Under the pieces are notes generated by a model that was not told where the DNA came from, searched no databases, and saw nothing but the letters and a program-made list of their open reading frames with translations. Positions 22,025 to 31,900 of a stretch of DNA of 64,000 bases are shown here, in pieces. Every line of letters begins with the position of its first letter. The stretch's first letter is position 1. Source of the stretch: Candidatus Versatilivorator sp. (GTDB lineage Bacteria > Acidobacteriota > Terriglobia > Versatilivoradales > Versatilivoraceae); contig OZ253547.1 of NCBI GenBank assembly GCA_965262635.1, positions 3,644,234-3,708,233 of the forward strand, in the 5' to 3' direction. Position numbers and translations under genes: made by a program.

Positions 22025-22279
22025 ATGCGATACCGATTAGGGTTTTCCAAGCAGGCCAGGTTCCATCATTTGAGACTGATCAAAGGACTGATTCTAGCAA
22101 TAGCGGTGGGTGGCTCGGCGATCGTCTTTCACACCTCCAACTATTCCAAGCCCATCGACGCCAAAAAAACCAACAAGTCCTGCATCTATTGTCACACCCA
22201 ATATGGTTCCGAGGAATTGACCGAAGCCGGCAAATACTACCGCGACAAAGGGACCCTGGACGGCTACAAGAAGAAATAG
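22025..22279 (+). CDS. small membrane-anchored protein with single CxxCH motif (possible monoheme c-type cytochrome)
   Basis: 84 aa; one predicted TM helix (LILAIAVGGSAIVF) followed by CIYCH heme-binding-type motif; follows the two vWA genes on the same strand. Confidence 0.35.
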   Translation: MRYRLGFSKQARFHHLRLIKGLILAIAVGGSAIVFHTSNYSKPIDAKKTNKSCIYCHTQYGSEELTEAGKYYRDKGTLDGYKKK

Positions 22280-22297
22280 CCGCTCGAACCCGGTAGC

Positions 22298-22747
22298 CTA
22301 GAAACTTTTGGAGCTATCCAGCAGGAGCGTCACCGGGCCGTCGTTGGTGGACCGAATCCTCATTGTTTCCCTGAAAACACCCGTTTGGACGCTGATCCGC
22401 TGCTGTCGAAACCGGTCGATGAAGGATTGGTAAAGACGATTGGCTGCTTCCGGCGCCGCCGCCATTGAGAACGAAGGTCGGCGTCCCTTCCGGCAGTCGC
22501 CATAGAGTGTGAACTGGGAAACGATCAACAGAGCCCCGCCAACCTCCTTCAACGACAGGTTCATTTTGCCGCTGTCATCCTCGAAAATCCTCAACCCCAC
22601 GATTTTGTCCACCAGATAATCGGTGTCGGCCGGACCGTCGCCGTCCTTGACGGCAAGGTAGAGGAGCAATCCTCTGCCGATTTGCCCAACCTCCTCCTCA
22701 CCGACCGTCACCGACGCTTCAAGAACACGCTGGACCACAACACGCAT
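22298..22747 (-). CDS. dtd: D-aminoacyl-tRNA deacylase
   Basis: [16 protein letters not shown]-terminus and SQFTLYGD motif typical of Dtd; start moved to the internal Met, giving ~150 aa. Confidence 0.8.
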   Translation of the reverse strand: MRVVVQRVLEASVTVGEEEVGQIGRGLLLYLAVKDGDGPADTDYLVDKIVGLRIFEDDSGKMNLSLKEVGGALLIVSQFTLYGDCRKGRRPSFSMAAAPEAANRLYQSFIDRFRQQRISVQTGVFRETMRIRSTNDGPVTLLLDSSKSF

Positions 22748-22850
22748 CGGGCCTTTCCCTCTCCTTGCGGTTACGAGAACGGAGCCTCGGCGAAATCGTT
22801 GACACCTCAAGGGGCCTCTTTTAGTATCACTCAAACTCACCTAATGCCAA

Positions 22851-22980
22851 CCCGCATTTCTCACCGGGTCGCTGGAACCATGACTTGGATACATTATGAA
22901 AGACCGTTCAACTTTGATACCTTATTGGCCTTGTTTTGAGGGCATGCCGGTACAGACCGCACCCCGGTGAGAAATGCGGG
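22851..22980. repeat. short (~130 bp) MITE-like variant
   Basis: CCCGCATTTCTCACCGGGTCGCTGG ... CCGGTGAGAAATGCGGG; sub-terminal sequence matches the 17099-17220 partial copy in inverse orientation. Confidence 0.7.
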
Positions 22981-23020
22981 CTGGCGTCGGGCCGGTTCCT
23001 AAGGCAAGTGGGGCACCATC

Positions 23021-24700
23021 ATGGGAAGGATTCCGACCGGTCAAACCCGGCTTGGTCAATCGAGGCGTCGCTGGGAAGAGCAGACTCTCCATCCTTCCCG
23101 GAAACGATTTCCCCCGCGGCTTCCTGAGTTCACCAGCATCTCGGGACATCCCATCCAGGCTCTTTATGGCCCCGAAGACCTGGAAGACTTCGACCCCGAT
23201 CAAGAAGTAGGATTCCCCGGCGAACCACCTTACACCCGGGGGATTCATCCCAGCATGTATCGCGGCCGGCTTTGGACCATGCGGCAATTCAGCGGCTTCG
23301 GTACCCCCCAGGACACCAACCAGCGCTTTCGTTACCTGCTCCAGCAAGGACAAACCGGCCTTTCGGTCGCTTTCGACCTGCCCACTCTCATGGGCCTGGA
23401 CTCGGACCACCCGACGGCATCCGGAGAGATCGGCAATTGCGGCGTCGCCGTGGATACGCTGGCAGACATGGAAGTCCTTTTCAGGAACATCGACCTGGAG
23501 TCCATCAGCACCTCCATGACCATCAATTGCCCGGCCGCCGTCATCTGGGCCATGTATCTGGCCCACGCCGAGAAAAGCGGCTATCGTTGGGCCAGGCTTC
23601 GGGGCACGCTTCAGAACGACATCCTGAAGGAATACATTGCCCAGAAAGAGTGGATCTATCCTCCTCATCCCTCCATGCGACTGGTTACCGACACCATTGC
23701 GTTCGCAGCCGGGAACGTCCCCCAATGGAACAGCGTCTCGATCAGCGGTTATCACATCAGAGAAGCCGGTTCCACGGCCCAGCAGGAATTGGCCTTCACA
23801 CTGCGCGACGGCATCGAGTACGTCGAGGCGGCCGTTCGGTCCGGACTGGAGGTCGACGATTTCGCACCCCGGCTTTCCTTCTTTTTCAATGCCCACAACG
23901 ATTTCTTCGAAGAAATCGCCAAGTACCGAGCAGCTCGCAAGGTCTGGTACCGGGTGATGAAGGAGCGCTTTCATTGTCAAGATCCGCGATCCTGCATGCT
24001 CCGATTTCATACCCAGACAGCGGGATGTTCCCTGACGGCTCAACAACCCCACAACAACATCGTGCGCACCGCCATCCAGGCTTTGGCAGCCATTTTGGGC
24101 GGGACCCAATCCCTGCACACCAACTCCATGGACGAAACCTTCGCCTTGCCCACTGAGGAGGCCGCCACCATCGCTCTCAGAAGTCAGCAGATCCTGGCCA
24201 CCGAAAGCGAGGTCGCAAACACGGTCGACCCCCTGGCCGGATCCTATTTCGTCGAGAAGCTGACGCTTGAATTGGAAAAGGGCTGTTGGGATTATTTCGA
24301 AAAAATTGACGCCATGGGAGGGATGATCGCGGCTATTGAGCGCTGCTATCCTCAGAAGGAAATTCTGGACGCCGCCTATCGGTATCAACAGGCGGTGGAA
24401 CGGGGTGAGAAGGTCATTGTGGGTGTGAACCAGTTCGTCATCGAAGAAGAACAACGGATTGACACCCTCACCATCGAGTCCGGGGTGGCCGACAGACAAC
24501 TGGAAAGCCTCCGGCGTGTCAAGGCCGGCCGGGACGCCGGGACCGTGCAACGGTCATTGGCCCAGCTGGGCCGGGCCGCTGCCACCGATGGGAACCTCAT
24601 GCCTTTCCTCCTGTCTTGCGTCAAGGCTTACGCAACCCTGGGAGAAGTCTGCGAGGAGCTGAGACAGGTGTTCGGCACCTATGAAGAGCCCATTTTTTAG
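23021..24700 (+). CDS. acyl-CoA mutase large (substrate-binding TIM-barrel) subunit, split type, ICM-like
   Basis: Strong methylmalonyl-CoA mutase family blocks ([38 protein letters not shown]); no fused B12 domain; Phe at the position of MCM Tyr89 (RQF); N-terminus overlaps a MITE copy so the start is uncertain (probably non-ATG near 23100). Confidence 0.8.
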   Translation: MGRIPTGQTRLGQSRRRWEEQTLHPSRKRFPPRLPEFTSISGHPIQALYGPEDLEDFDPDQEVGFPGEPPYTRGIHPSMYRGRLWTMRQFSGFGTPQDTNQRFRYLLQQGQTGLSVAFDLPTLMGLDSDHPTASGEIGNCGVAVDTLADMEVLFRNIDLESISTSMTINCPAAVIWAMYLAHAEKSGYRWARLRGTLQNDILKEYIAQKEWIYPPHPSMRLVTDTIAFAAGNVPQWNSVSISGYHIREAGSTAQQELAFTLRDGIEYVEAAVRSGLEVDDFAPRLSFFFNAHNDFFEEIAKYRAARKVWYRVMKERFHCQDPRSCMLRFHTQTAGCSLTAQQPHNNIVRTAIQALAAILGGTQSLHTNSMDETFALPTEEAATIALRSQQILATESEVANTVDPLAGSYFVEKLTLELEKGCWDYFEKIDAMGGMIAAIERCYPQKEILDAAYRYQQAVERGEKVIVGVNQFVIEEEQRIDTLTIESGVADRQLESLRRVKAGRDAGTVQRSLAQLGRAAATDGNLMPFLLSCVKAYATLGEVCEELRQVFGTYEEPIF

Positions 24701-24772
24701 GTCGAATCGGCAGCAGCCGGCACGGAAGGGGAATTGAGACCTTGATGTTCGAGCACAACCAGTTGCGCAGCC

Positions 24773-25180
24773 ATGAGTGAGCAGCCCATCCGAGTCCTGG
24801 TCGCCAAGCCCGGCCTGGACGGCCACGACCGCGGCGCCAAGATTATCGCCCGGGCTCTTCGAGACGCCGGCATGGAAGTGATTTACAGCGGTCTTCGCCA
24901 GTCCCCCGAGCAGATCGTCAACGCGGCCCAGCAGGAGGACGTGGACTGCATCGGACTCTCGATTCTCTCCGGGGCTCACAATGTGATTCTTCCGCGCATC
25001 ACCCAGCTGTTGCGGGAAAGGAAGCTGGAGGACGTCCTGGTGGTTGCCGGGGGCATTATTCCCGACCAGGACATCCCCGGGCTGAAGGATTGCGGTATCT
25101 CTGAAATCTTCCTGCCCGGGACCTCAACCCAAACCATCATCACATACATCAGCCAAAAATGCCGGGCGGCCCCGGACTAG
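24773..25180 (+). CDS. acyl-CoA mutase small subunit, cobalamin-binding domain
   Basis: 135 aa; B12-binding DxHxxG motif ([10 protein letters not shown]) and Rossmann-like fold of the MCM C-terminal domain. Confidence 0.8.
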   Translation: MSEQPIRVLVAKPGLDGHDRGAKIIARALRDAGMEVIYSGLRQSPEQIVNAAQQEDVDCIGLSILSGAHNVILPRITQLLRERKLEDVLVVAGGIIPDQDIPGLKDCGISEIFLPGTSTQTIITYISQKCRAAPD

Positions 25181-25224
25181 GGCCGCATCGCTGACCAATA
25201 GTAGGAAACGTCGCTCTCGATCCA

Positions 25225-25380
25225 CGCAATTGCACGAAGCACAAAAAGAAATCCACGAAGGGACACGAAGTCACACCAGGGGCACAAGATTGCAGAAGCA
25301 TTTTGCTGCTGCTTGTCGTTGAAGGAGGTCCATCTGTCTTCGTGTCTATTCGTGTCCATTCGTGGTTCGTCTTCATGAAC
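25225..25380. repeat. large imperfect inverted repeat built from CACGAAG/CTTCGTG heptamers
   Basis: Left arm has (G)ACACGAAG x3 (25233-25271); right arm has CTTCGTG/TTCGTG x4 (25339-25371); central part is also partly self-complementary; lies between the mutase small subunit and the vWA3 promoter. Confidence 0.5.
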
Positions 25381-25570
25381 GATCGGCCGTTTTTCCTCGA
25401 ATGATCCGCACACCAAGGCGGGGACCGGACTTGTCTGGAACACCCCTGTTTCATCCCGTATGATCCGCCGCGTCGAAGGGGACGGGGGGGCCACTAAAAC
25501 CGCACGCGGGTCAAGAACCCCGCGGAAGAACAGCAACCCTTTTTCAAACCCCACCATCGCAGTCGAAGGG

Positions 25571-25599
25571 TTGACCCCTGGAATTCCGGTCTGTAGAAT
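25571..25599 (+). promoter_or_regulatory. sigma70-type promoter for vWA paralog 3
   Basis: TTGACC (25571-25576), 17-nt spacer, TAGAAT (25594-25599), 35 nt before the ATG; AGGAGA RBS at ~25617. Confidence 0.5.
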
Positions 25600-25633
25600 C
25601 CCGGAATAGGTGTTCGGCAGGAGATTTCCAGCA

Positions 25634-26617
25634 ATGAAGATGGATGGACAGGCGCGCAGGCTCTGGTTTTTCCTGGGGGTGCTTCTCTTGGGCACATCCC
25701 TCCCGCCGAATCAGATCCGCGCTCAAAACCTCCCGGTCAATCCAACGCTCAAGAAGAAGATCAGGGCCGACATCGACAACCTGGTGGTAAATGTTGAACT
25801 CGTCAATGTCCTGTTCACTGTCACCGATCGCAAGGGACGGCTGGTCACAGATCTGCAAAAACCCAACTTCAAGCTATTTGAAGACAACAAACAGCAGGAG
25901 ATAACCAACTTCTCCCGAGAAACCGACCTGCCATTGACCGTCGCCGTGCTGATTGACACCAGCACCAGCATTAGCGAGCGTTTCAAGTTCGAGCAGGAGG
26001 CAGCAATCGAATTTCTTTACCAGACCTTGAGGCCGCGCAAGGACAAGGCTCTGCTGATCACATTCGACTCGGCCATTGAGCTGGTGCAGGACTTTACCGA
26101 CGATCCCCAAGTGCTGGCGCAGTCGATTCGACGCGTCCGACCCGGCGGAGGCACCAAGCTGCTGGACAGTATCTTCCTCACTTGCCAGGAAAAGCTCAAA
26201 GCCGAACCGGGCAGCACGCGAAAAATCATCATTCTCATCAGCGATGGAGATGACAACCTCAGCATACAAAACCTGGCCTCCACGCTGGAGATGGTTCACC
26301 GGTCGGACGTCTCGATTTATGCCGTCAGCACCAACTCCAGCGGTTTCTTCAGCATCAAGGCGCCCAAGTCCGACAAGCTCCTTCGGCGCCTGGCCCGGGA
26401 AACGGGAGGGCGGGCCTTCTTCCCGTTCAAATCGGAGGAATTGAGCGAAAGCTTCGCCGATATCGGCAGCGAACTTCGAAGCCAATACTCTCTCGCCTAT
26501 CGCTCCTCAAATTACCGAAGGGACGGCTCGTTTCGTTCCATCAAGATCAAGACCGATCGCAAGAGGCTGAAAGTGAAATCCCGCAAGGGATATTACGCCT
26601 CCCGGAGTCCCAGCTAG
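25634..26617 (+). CDS. vWA domain protein, same family (paralog 3)
   Basis: Signal peptide, DTSTS MIDAS, C-terminal RKGYYASRSPS tail; start at MKMDG (ORF-track start 25610). Confidence 0.7.
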   Translation: MKMDGQARRLWFFLGVLLLGTSLPPNQIRAQNLPVNPTLKKKIRADIDNLVVNVELVNVLFTVTDRKGRLVTDLQKPNFKLFEDNKQQEITNFSRETDLPLTVAVLIDTSTSISERFKFEQEAAIEFLYQTLRPRKDKALLITFDSAIELVQDFTDDPQVLAQSIRRVRPGGGTKLLDSIFLTCQEKLKAEPGSTRKIIILISDGDDNLSIQNLASTLEMVHRSDVSIYAVSTNSSGFFSIKAPKSDKLLRRLARETGGRAFFPFKSEELSESFADIGSELRSQYSLAYRSSNYRRDGSFRSIKIKTDRKRLKVKSRKGYYASRSPS

Positions 26618-26854
26618 CTTGGAGTCCTGCCCGCGGCCCCATCGCCTTCCCCCGCCAAAGAGCCGGATCGTCGGGAAAATTCTCGGTCCACTGTCTGACG
26701 CCCCGCCGACGGTTTCCTCATGCAGGGCGGCTTCCTTGCACCAACCCAGGGAACCTGCTATGTCGGACCATCCTGTCAACTCATACCGCTCGCCGTTGAG
26801 CCGGCTGTTGGAACTGTGCTCCGGTTTCGAGCTCACCCAAGACACAAAAGACCA

Positions 26855-28366
26855 ATGATCGGTTTCAGCCCGGTGGATTGGACCATCATCATCGCCTACC
26901 TGGTTGCCACCATGGCCGCGGGTCTGGCCATGCGCCGATACGTCGGCAGAGTCGAGGACTTCATCCTGGCCGGGCGCGGCATGGATGTCTATCTGGGAGT
27001 GGCCTCCCTGGCGGCAACCGAGTTCGGGATCATCACCGCCATGTATACGGCCGAACTGGGATACAAGAACGGTTTCGCGGGCGCCACCCCGGGGATCCTG
27101 ATGGCTGTCGCAATGCTGGTGGTCGGGCTCACCGGTTTCGTCATCAAGCCTCTGCGAGATTCCGGGGTCTACACCATTCCGGAATTGCTGGACCGGCGAT
27201 TCGGCCCTCGCGTCCGCTGGCTGGCCGGCCTGGTGATTGTCCTGGGCGGAGTCCTCAACATGGGGGTCTTCTTTCGAGCCGGCGGCGAGTTTTTGGTGAT
27301 CATGACCGGCATTCCCCAAGGCTATCTGGAAGTCACCATGACGGTTCTGGTGATTCTGGTACTGATCTACACGGTGCTGGGGGGGATGCTCTCGGTCCTG
27401 ATCACGGACTACCTGCAGTTTCTGGTGATGGGTATCGGCCTGGTCATCGTTTCCCTATTGGTGGCGATCCACGTGGGATGGGAGCAGGTGGTGTCGGCCG
27501 TTGAAAAAGAGCACGGGCCGGGGGGGTTCAACCCGTTTACCAGCGAGGGAATGGGCCCGGCCTACGTTGCCTGGCAGGCCCTCAATCAACTGGCCGTGGT
27601 CGTCACTTGGCAAACCGTCATTCAGCGTGTTCTATCGGCCCGCGACAGTTGGACTGCCCGCCGGGTGTATATCCGAACCAGCTTCTATTTCGTGGGGCGC
27701 TTCCTGATCCCTGCCTTTTGGGGTATGGCCGCCCTGGCCGTTCTGGGAACCGATCACCCCCCGTCGGCCTCGCTGCAAGCCATGCCCACCTTCCTGGCAT
27801 CGCTGCTCCCCACGGGACTGGTGGGACTGGTCATTGCGGCCATGTTGGCCGCCGAGATGTCGACCGATTCCAGCTATCTGTTGACCTGGAGCAGCATCCT
27901 TTACAACGACCTGATCTGCTCTGTCCGCCGGCAACCATTCAGCGAGAAATCGGGACTGCTCCTGAACCGATGCATCGTCGTGGGCATTGCCGGATTCCTG
28001 CTGCTCTATGGACTCTGGTATCAACCTCCCGGTAGAGTCTGGGACTACTTGTCCATCACGGCCAACATCTACCTGTCCAGCATCTTTGTGCTGCTGGTGG
28101 CTTGCTGTTACTGGAAGGGCGCCCGTGCCGCAGGCGGGATGGGCGCCATCGTAGGAGGAGCGCTGCCTCCGCTGGCGTTCCTGCTGCTCAGCCAAATCCA
28201 GTTTCCGGCGGTTGAAAGCAGCCAACCTTTCGGCCTTTGGTCAACGGCCGCGCAGTGGTTGAGCCAAAGCGAGGTCAGCGGATTGCTCTCCTTCACCTTT
28301 GCTGCCAGCGGCATGATTCTGGGATCGTGGATGGCCCGCAGAAGGGAACGAAACCAACTAAACTGA
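26855..28366 (+). CDS. sodium:solute symporter (SSF family)
   Basis: 13-14 predicted TM segments, SSF signature region (GRGMDVYLGVASLAATEFG...); start at MIGFSPVDW (ORF-track start 26720). Confidence 0.8.
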   Translation: MIGFSPVDWTIIIAYLVATMAAGLAMRRYVGRVEDFILAGRGMDVYLGVASLAATEFGIITAMYTAELGYKNGFAGATPGILMAVAMLVVGLTGFVIKPLRDSGVYTIPELLDRRFGPRVRWLAGLVIVLGGVLNMGVFFRAGGEFLVIMTGIPQGYLEVTMTVLVILVLIYTVLGGMLSVLITDYLQFLVMGIGLVIVSLLVAIHVGWEQVVSAVEKEHGPGGFNPFTSEGMGPAYVAWQALNQLAVVVTWQTVIQRVLSARDSWTARRVYIRTSFYFVGRFLIPAFWGMAALAVLGTDHPPSASLQAMPTFLASLLPTGLVGLVIAAMLAAEMSTDSSYLLTWSSILYNDLICSVRRQPFSEKSGLLLNRCIVVGIAGFLLLYGLWYQPPGRVWDYLSITANIYLSSIFVLLVACCYWKGARAAGGMGAIVGGALPPLAFLLLSQIQFPAVESSQPFGLWSTAAQWLSQSEVSGLLSFTFAASGMILGSWMARRRERNQLN

Positions 28367-28506
28367 TGCTCCCCTCCCATCCCGTTTGGTTTTGCCTGAC
28401 ATGGCTCTGTATCCTGTGGTATGGATTTCTTGTGTTCTACGTCGGTTGGAAGGGACTGGGCGATATCCGTCGGCTTCTTGCCAATCTGAAGAACAGGGAC
28501 AAGTAG
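28366..28506 (+). CDS. small hydrophobic protein translationally coupled to the symporter
   Basis: 46 aa (MLPSHPVWFCLTWLCILWYGFLVFYVGWKGLGDIRRLLANLKNRDK), one TM helix; ATG overlaps the symporter TGA (TGATG). Confidence 0.3.
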   Translation: MLPSHPVWFCLTWLCILWYGFLVFYVGWKGLGDIRRLLANLKNRDK

Positions 28507-28507
28507 T

Positions 28508-28921
28508 GTGGCAATCCGGTTGGGATGGAGGTGCGGCCTTGGACTCGGTCTGTCCTGGTTGATGGTCTCCGAAAGCTGCCTGTGGCAAGCCCCCCAAGCC
28601 AGGCAGGAATCGGCAGCACCTGCCCGGCAGGAGCGGCAGCCGTCACCCTCGAACCGGATTGAGCTCGGCAATCGACTGGACATCAATTCCGCCGGGCGCA
28701 GGGAACTGGAATCGCTGCCGGGTGTCGGGCCCGTGCTGGCTCGACGAATTCTGGAGTTCCGCGCCAAGAATCCCCCCTTCCGGAGAGTGGAGGAAATCCT
28801 GATCATTCGGGGAATCGGTCGTCGCAAGTTCGAGGCCTTGCGCGGGCGGATCCGAGTGGCGGCTTCCACCGACCCAATACCCAGGCCCCCCTGCTCTTCC
28901 TCTGCAGAAGGCTCAAGATGA
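28508..28921 (+). CDS. ComEA-like helix-hairpin-helix DNA-binding protein
   Basis: Signal/TM N-terminus plus two HhH motifs (LESLPGVGPVLARRILEF ... IRGIGRRKFEAL). Confidence 0.65.
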   Translation: MAIRLGWRCGLGLGLSWLMVSESCLWQAPQARQESAAPARQERQPSPSNRIELGNRLDINSAGRRELESLPGVGPVLARRILEFRAKNPPFRRVEEILIIRGIGRRKFEALRGRIRVAASTDPIPRPPCSSSAEGSR

Positions 28922-31900
28922 AGACTGCCATCCCGCCTCACAGCCCCCTGCCTCGGGGGTTTCACCCCTACCTGGCTCAATGGTTCCGCCAGCACTTCGT
29001 TGCCCCCTCCCCCGCCCAAAAGAGAGGTTGGGGCCCGGTGATGGCCGGCAGAGATACCCTGATCGCCGCCCCCACCGGATCGGGCAAGACCTTGGCCGCA
29101 TTCCTCTGGTCCCTGAACCAGCTGGTGCGGGCCGCCTTGAAGGGCCAACTTGAAGACCGTACCTACGTGGTTTACGTGTCGCCGCTGAAGGCACTCGGAA
29201 ACGATATCCACAAGAACTTGCAGGTCCCCATGGCGGAAATCGGACGCATCGCCCAACAACAGGGCGAGGCTCCGTTGGGAATTCGGGTGGCGGTACGCTC
29301 AGGAGACACTCCCAACAGCGAACGACAGTCGATGCTCCGTCGCCCGCCCCATATCCTGATAACGACTCCCGAGTCGCTCTATATTCTACTCACGGCCAAA
29401 GGGAGCCGCGGCTACCTGGCGGGAGCCGGAACGGTAATCGTGGACGAAATCCATGCCGTGGCGGGAGACAAGCGCGGATCTCACCTGGCCTTGTCCCTGG
29501 AACGCCTGGACCATCTGGCCGGCCGGCGCCTGCAGAGGATCGGCCTCAGCGCCACTCAGAAACCTGTGGCTGCCATCGCCAGCCTTCTGGTAGGCACTCC
29601 GGGCCTCAGGCCCAAGGGTCGGGTAGCCTGCTCGATTGTGGACGTCGGCCACCAGCGGGATCTTGAGTTATCCATTGCCATTCCCGACCTGGAGTTTGGT
29701 CCCATTGCGACTCTGGAGCTTTGGGAAGCCGTCTATGAGCGTATTGCCACCGAAGTTCGGGCTCATCGGTCGACCCTGGTCTTTGTCCACACCCGCCGCC
29801 TGGCGGAACGAGTTGCCCACAAGTTGAGTCAGCGCCTGGGGGAAGATCAGGTCGCCACCCACCACGGCAGTCTGTCCAAGGAGAGCCGCCTGGCGGCGGA
29901 ACAGCAACTGAAGTCCGGCGGCATCGCGGTGGTTGTGGCCACGGCCTCGCTGGAACTGGGCATCGACATCGGCCACGTCGACCTCGTCTGCCATATCGGG
30001 GCTCCCCGCTCCATTGCCAGCTTGCTGCAGAGAATCGGCCGCTCCGGACACGGCCTGGATACCATCCCCAAAGGTCTCCTCTTCCCCCTCACCCGGGACG
30101 AGCTGCTGCAAACCGCTGCGGCCGTGCGGGCTGTCCGCGCCGGAGAGCTGGATCGGATCCACATCCCCGAAAAGCCTCTGGACATCCTGGCTCAGCAGAT
30201 GGTCGCCACCGTCGCCAGCGGAGAGATCGCCGAGCAGGACCTGTGGGAATTGTGTCGCAAAGCCTTCCCTTATCGCCACTTGACCCCCGGCGAGTTTGCA
30301 GAGGTGGTGGAGATTCTTTCCGAAGGGATCGCGACCCGCCGCGGCCGAGGCTCGGCCTACCTGCACCGCGATGGCGTCCACCACCGGCTGAGGCCTCGCA
30401 GAAACGCCTCCCTGGCCGCCATCACCGGTGGGGGAGCCATCCCCGATACGGCAGATTACGACGTCATCCAGGAACCTGCCGGGATTTCCGTAGGCCGGGT
30501 CAATGAGGACTTTGCGATCGAAAGCATGGCCGGAGATATCTTTCTCCTCGGCAACCAGTCCTGGCGCATCCGTCGCGTGGAATCGGGCAAGCTCCGCGTC
30601 GAAGACGCTCAGGGCGCAGCACCCACCATCCCCTTCTGGCTGGGGGAAGCTCCGGCACGCACGGCAGAATTGTCCGGAGCAGTTTCGGAGCTCCGCCACA
30701 GGGTCACGGAGCGACTGGGTCGGGAACCAGTCTCAGCCGTCGACTGGTTGTCCCGGGAGTGTGGATTGGATCGGTCCGGCGCTGAACAACTGGTCGCATA
30801 TATAACCCAGACCCGGGCCGTCCTGGGAGAAGTTCCAACCCAACAAACCGTAGTGGCCGAGCGCTTCTTCGACGAATCGGGCGGCATGCAACTGGTCCTG
30901 CACGCCCCTTTTGGAGGCCGCATCAACCGAGCCTGGGGGCTGGCCCTGAGAAAGCGGTTTTGCGTCTCCTTCAACTTTGAGCTACAAGCGGCAGCCACCG
31001 ACGACGGGGTGGTGATATCCCTGGGAGAACAACACAGCTTTCCCCTGCAGAGTGTCGCCTCCATGGTGCGACCCGATCGAACCGAACGAGACCTGATCCA
31101 GGCGGTGTTGGCCTCTCCCATGTTCGGAAATCGCTGGCGCTGGAACGCCACCCGTTTTTTGGCCTTGCAGCGGTTCCAGCATGGACGCCGGGTGCCGATG
31201 CCGATTCAGCGGATGCGAGCAGAGGATTTGCTGGCCGCCGTTTTTCCGGCCCAGTTGGCCTGTCAGGACAACGCCCCCGGTCCGGTGGAGCCGGTCGACC
31301 ACCCGCTGGTAAACCAGACGCTGCACGACTGCCTGCACGAGCCGCTGGATCTGGAAGGCTTCCTGGAGGTCCTTCGCCGCCTGGAGTCGGGAGAAATCGG
31401 TTTCGTGGGGCGCGACACACCCGCCCCCTCACCCATGTCCCACGAGATCCTCAACGCCAACCCCTATGCCTTCCTGGATGACGCGCCCCTGGAGGAACGA
31501 CGGGCGCGGGCTGTTTCACTGCGACGGATGGAGACCGACCCCATCCAGGCCGATCCTATCCTGGATCCCGAGGTGGTTGAGGGGGTGGTCTCGGAATTGT
31601 GGCCGGATATCAGGGACCGTGAAGAACTGCACGACCTCCTCCTCAATCTGGTCATCTTGCCGTCCGATGCCGTTGGTTCCTGGCAGGGATTCATGAATGA
31701 GCTGATCGAATCCGGCCGCGCGGGAAAGGTGGCTTGGACCGCTCCGACGGGATCGCGCCAGCAAGCCTATGTCGCTGCCGAGCGGCTGGCCTGGCTCAAG
31801 CGAGTGGTTTCCGACGTCGGCGTGGACCCGGCATTCGAGCGCCGATTCGTGGATTCCGGGACGGGTTCGTCTCTGCTGCCGGCGACTTCGCTGACCACAA

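Noticed and set aside
28108-29259. 383-aa minus-strand ORF
   Set aside because: Antisense to the comEA-like gene and the lhr 5' end; Pro/Gly/Arg-rich and without domains
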